Part shown: piece by piece, positions 60,806-64,000 of the stretch
Layout: each line of letters opens with the position of its first letter
How positions within the stretch are numbered: position 1 is the first letter of the stretch
Assembly: GCA_963708025.1 (NCBI GenBank)
Contig: CAVPSB010000029.1
Location: 64,001-128,000, forward strand
DNA length: 64,000 nucleotides
From: an uncultured Candidatus Rokubacteria bacterium
GTDB lineage: Bacteria; Methylomirabilota; Methylomirabilia; Rokubacteriales; DASRDR01
Direction of reading: 5' to 3'
Translations under genes and position numbers: made by a program
Notes under the pieces: model-generated
What the model was told of the DNA's origin: nothing
The model's database searches: none
Seen by the model: only the letters and a program-made list of their open reading frames with translations

Positions 60806-60843
60806 GGCCTAGCCGTCAATTCAATGCTTGACGGGATCCGCAT
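60806..60843 (+). repeat. 38-39-bp direct repeat, copy 2
   Basis: GGCCTAGCCGTCAATTCAATGCTTGACGGGATCCGCAT. Confidence 0.9.
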
Positions 60844-62026
60844 CCTTGCCGTCCATCACGATCCTGGGCTCAATGGGGCTGCACTTCTCTTTCAGTCAGT
60901 CCTCGAAGGGCTGGCGAAAGACCATGGCGCTTCCGTCTGGACGAGGTTCCCACGAGAAGGTCCCATCGTTGCCCGCGCCCGAGAACTCGGCCCGGTACAC
61001 GTGGCTGATTCACCGCCGGCCGCGCGAGCACGCATATTCTTCGCCCGGGTCGCACGCCGCCTGGGCTGTCGAACCCTTCGGGAGTGGAGGATAGCGTGCG
61101 ACCTGATCTTCGCAAACTCGGTTGAGTCGCTGGCAACCGTCGAGCGAATTCAGGTTCGGGATGGAACTCCATTGGTAGTCTACGTGCACGAGTCGCATTT
61201 CTTGCTCCAGAAGGGCGATTTTCAGGCGACAACTCGGATGTTGCGACGGGCGAGTCTGATCTTCGCCGTTTCTGCCGCCGTTCGCAAGACGCTGGAGGAC
61301 GTGATCCAACCCTCAGCAAGGATCGCCATCGTAAGCGGGTTCCTGCCTGAGCGTCCGGGTACGGGAGAGTCAACTGAACTCCCGCCCGCCGTGCACGCCG
61401 CGGTCTGCTCCGGCGCCAAGATCATTGGAGGAGTGGGAACGATCGCCTGGTACAAGGGAACGGACCTGTTCGTCGCGGCCGCCCGCCGGATTCGCCAGTT
61501 GCTGCCGCAGCAACAGCTCAGATTCATATGGATCGGCGAGGAAGGGTACCCGGAGGCACGTCGTCTACTGGAGCACGATATCAAGCGGGCAGAGCTCGAG
61601 GGGGTCGTGATTCTCCCGGGCGGGACGAAGGACCCCACCTCATTCTTTCAATCGCTGTCACTCTTCCTGCTGCCGTCCAGAGAGGATTCCTGGCCCCTGG
61701 TCATGCTGGAAGCAGCTACGGCAGGCGTTCCGATGGTATGTTTCCAGAACTCGGGGGGCGCCGAACAGTTCGTGGCGACCGGGGGAGGAACCGCTGTCCC
61801 ATACCTGGACGTGGAGGCAATGGCACAGGCTGCGGCTCGCTACCTGTCGGACCCCGACCTGATGGCCCGGGATTCCCGCGTCGCCCGCGAGATCGGGCGT
61901 TCGGTCACTGGCAAAGAACAAACCCGAAAGATCGCCTCCGAGCTCGCAGCGATGCTCGCTTCACGACCCCCGAGGGCGGCGACGGCGCGCGATTTCAAGG
62001 GTCAGCAGATTGGGCCACTCGGCTGA
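60824..62026 (+). CDS. Glycosyltransferase family 4
   Basis: YVHE, KGTDLF and PSREDSWPLVMLEA motifs. Confidence 0.88.
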   Translation: MLDGIRILAVHHDPGLNGAALLFQSVLEGLAKDHGASVWTRFPREGPIVARARELGPVHVADSPPAARARIFFARVARRLGCRTLREWRIACDLIFANSVESLATVERIQVRDGTPLVVYVHESHFLLQKGDFQATTRMLRRASLIFAVSAAVRKTLEDVIQPSARIAIVSGFLPERPGTGESTELPPAVHAAVCSGAKIIGGVGTIAWYKGTDLFVAAARRIRQLLPQQQLRFIWIGEEGYPEARRLLEHDIKRAELEGVVILPGGTKDPTSFFQSLSLFLLPSREDSWPLVMLEAATAGVPMVCFQNSGGAEQFVATGGGTAVPYLDVEAMAQAAARYLSDPDLMARDSRVAREIGRSVTGKEQTRKIASELAAMLASRPPRAATARDFKGQQIGPLG

Positions 62027-62619
62027 CGGGTATGCTTGGTGGTGACCTATACGAACTGCTGCCAAAGGGCCGAGGTGGCCAATTCCCTCGTTTTGCAGGG
62101 CCTCTCGGGACCTTGCGGATTCGACGGCGAGAGATTTCAGAATCTCCGCAAGAATGGTTCGAAGGGGTTGCCCGGGGGTGCCGGGGCTTGCTCGCCTGAG
62201 GGAGGCTGGCGTGACGGAATCGGCTGATCGCCAAGGCGTTTGGAGAGCGATTCTGTACTTCCTGATGCGCGCGTGGTACATCTCTTGCTAACACGGTCCC
62301 GCGGAGGTCTCTGGGCCGGGCGTCAGGACGTCCCAAGCATGGGAGGCTGGGAGATGGACGAGCGCAAGGGGGGGGGACTTCCTGGAGCCCGAAGTGGTTG
62401 AGCACGAGGAGACGCTCGCGGAGATTACTCAGCAGAATAGTCGGCTATGGCGCCGATTGAGTTCGACTTCCCCCGCGCCCGACGGGATCGATCGGCAACT
62501 GCCTGCAAGTGATGTCACGGCTCGCGCAGGAGGGCTTCGAATGCAGCTCTCCCGAGCGCTCACTCCCCAGGCAGTCAAACGTAGGGCGTGCTCGATGCGC
62601 CTTTCACCAACTCCGGGGT

Positions 62620-62939
62620 CCCGGCCGCGCCCGCTCGAGCCAGTTCCTCGGGCGCCCGTGTCACGAGGGCGCTCAAAGTGCTGCCCGTTGATCGCGCGCG
62701 GGTCCGATTCGCCGCACCAGGCCGACGGGCAGTTTGACGGTGAACACCAGGGTTGGCTCCGGGAGCGGCATCTCCTGCGGATGGTGTTGAGCCCCATCGA
62801 CGTAGCGCCGGGCTTGCCGCAGCGACACGTGGTACCGCTGGACGAGCATGCTCAGGACCGCCGGGACGGAGAAACGGCGCAGCAGCACCAATGCCCGATG
62901 GGCATACTGCCTGGCCTGGGCCCGCCGGCGCCCGCTCAT
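62620..62939 (-). pseudogene. Degraded small DNA-binding ORF of the kind that precedes recombinase-type mobile elements
   Basis: RYHVSLRQARRYV...PEPTLVFTVKLPVGLVRR / ARSTGSTLSALVTRA; family assignment is from recall only. Confidence 0.45.
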
Positions 62940-63054
62940 TTGCCGTTACTGTATGATCCTTTACGTCCTTACTCCGTGAAACTTTCGGCGGCCTCGCCGC
63001 GGGCAGGCGAACACGCGGTCCCAGACGAAGTTCGCACGGGCAGGTGGAGACCGA

Positions 63055-63858
63055 ATGACCAGACGGCCGCTTGATGCCGCACTGGCTCGTGCTGTGAAGC
63101 TGAGACTGCTGCGCATGCACTACGAAGCCGGTGTCGGACATATCGGCGGAAATCTTTCGGCCATCGACATTCTGCTGAGTCTGCATCATCACGTGATGCA
63201 GCCGGATGATCGCTTCGTTCTCTCCAAGGGGCATGCCGCCGGCGCCCTGTACGTCACGCTGTGGTCGCTCGGAGTGCTGGACGAGGCGGAGCTGACATCG
63301 TTCCACAAGGACAACACGCGTCTGTCGGGTCATCCCCCCGCCGAGGGGATTCCCGCCATCGCATTTGCCACGGGAAGCCTCGGGCATGGCCTCGGGCTTG
63401 CCGCGGGTCTCGCGTTGGCCAAGCGACTCACCGGCCAGTCGGGACATGTCTTTTGCCTGACTTCGGATGGCGAATGGAACGAAGGGTCGGCCTGGGAGTC
63501 GTTGATCTTCGCCCATCATCATCGGCTTAACAATCTCACGTTCATCATCGACGTGAACGGCCTGCAAGGCTTTGGCACGACGCGGGAAGTGGCCGACCTC
63601 GAGCCACTGGCCGACAAGTTTCGCGCGTTCGGACTGCATACCACGGAGGTGGATGGGCACGACATCAGTGCCCTGGGTAAAGTCCTGATTCCCGACGACA
63701 CGGACCAGGGCCCGCGCGCCATCGCCGCCAAGACACGCAAGGGGTGCGGTGTCTCGTTCATGGAAGGACGGATGGAGTGGCACTATCTGCCGCTGACGGC
63801 GGCGCAATACGAGGACGCCGTGAAGGACATCGAGCGATGCAACGACGAATCCGGATGA
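63055..63858 (+). CDS. Transketolase N-terminal (TPP-binding) subunit
   Basis: GHIGG, DRFVLSKGH, LSGHP, TGSLGHG and SDGEWNEG motifs. Confidence 0.92.
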   Translation: MTRRPLDAALARAVKLRLLRMHYEAGVGHIGGNLSAIDILLSLHHHVMQPDDRFVLSKGHAAGALYVTLWSLGVLDEAELTSFHKDNTRLSGHPPAEGIPAIAFATGSLGHGLGLAAGLALAKRLTGQSGHVFCLTSDGEWNEGSAWESLIFAHHHRLNNLTFIIDVNGLQGFGTTREVADLEPLADKFRAFGLHTTEVDGHDISALGKVLIPDDTDQGPRAIAAKTRKGCGVSFMEGRMEWHYLPLTAAQYEDAVKDIERCNDESG

Positions 63859-63883
63859 CCCGCCCAGGGCGACGCGGCGAGGC

Positions 63884-64000
63884 ATGAGGGACGTCTTCTG
63901 CAAGGCACTGGTGGAGGCCGCCGGGAAGCCCGACTTCGTCTTCCTCACCGGGGATCTCGGGTTTCGCGCGCTGGAGCCGCTGCGCCATGCCCTGGCCACG
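63884..64000 (+). CDS. Transketolase C-terminal subunit (partial)
   Basis: MRDVFCKALVEAAGKPDFVFLTGDLGF. Confidence 0.8.
   Translation, partial: MRDVFCKALVEAAGKPDFVFLTGDLGFRALEPLRHALAT

Noticed and set aside
1-64000. tRNA, rRNA, CRISPR array, integrase or phage genes
   Set aside because: None recognised by eye; tRNAscan-SE and cmscan were not run, so small RNAs could be missed.

Overview
High-GC bacterial chromosomal window; the gene repertoire and intergenic palindromic repeats suggest Candidatus Rokubacteria/Methylomirabilota (inference). About a dozen otherwise intact genes carry single-base frameshifts, which looks like long-read assembly error. 1-27 kb holds metabolic and redox genes: a CoxL-like molybdoenzyme, cysteine synthase, a UGSC-type selenoprotein read through an in-frame TGA, dusB, DsbD/redoxin/DUF3500, iorAB, thiolase-DUF35, vapBC, MFS, mgtC, uvrA and an exported MetX-like hydrolase, with several truncated-gene scars between them. 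27.5-40 kb is a probable Cu/Ag heavy-metal island: DUF302, SHOCT, a degenerate class III cyclase, RND-MFP-TolC, a cupredoxin-like protein, a Met-rich protein, YHS and cytochrome c. 40-44 kb is PerR/Fur-rubrerythrin-FeS oxidoreductase-DUF3501-cytochrome c. 45-64 kb is a compositionally distinct region with ExeA-ankyrin, OmpA, YdcF, an IS630 remnant and a Wzm/Wzt polysaccharide locus. The best candidate for a new system is in the metal island. Two convergent operons each start with a near-identical sigma54 promoter followed by paralogous ~75-aa leader ORFs (signal peptide, C-x12-C, ~40-aa spacer, LPxPPPxA-stop), which look like metal-sensing ribosome-arrest peptides. Also notable are a ~750-nt structured leader/ncRNA at 10.6-11.3 kb and a dispersed repeat family showing stem covariation.
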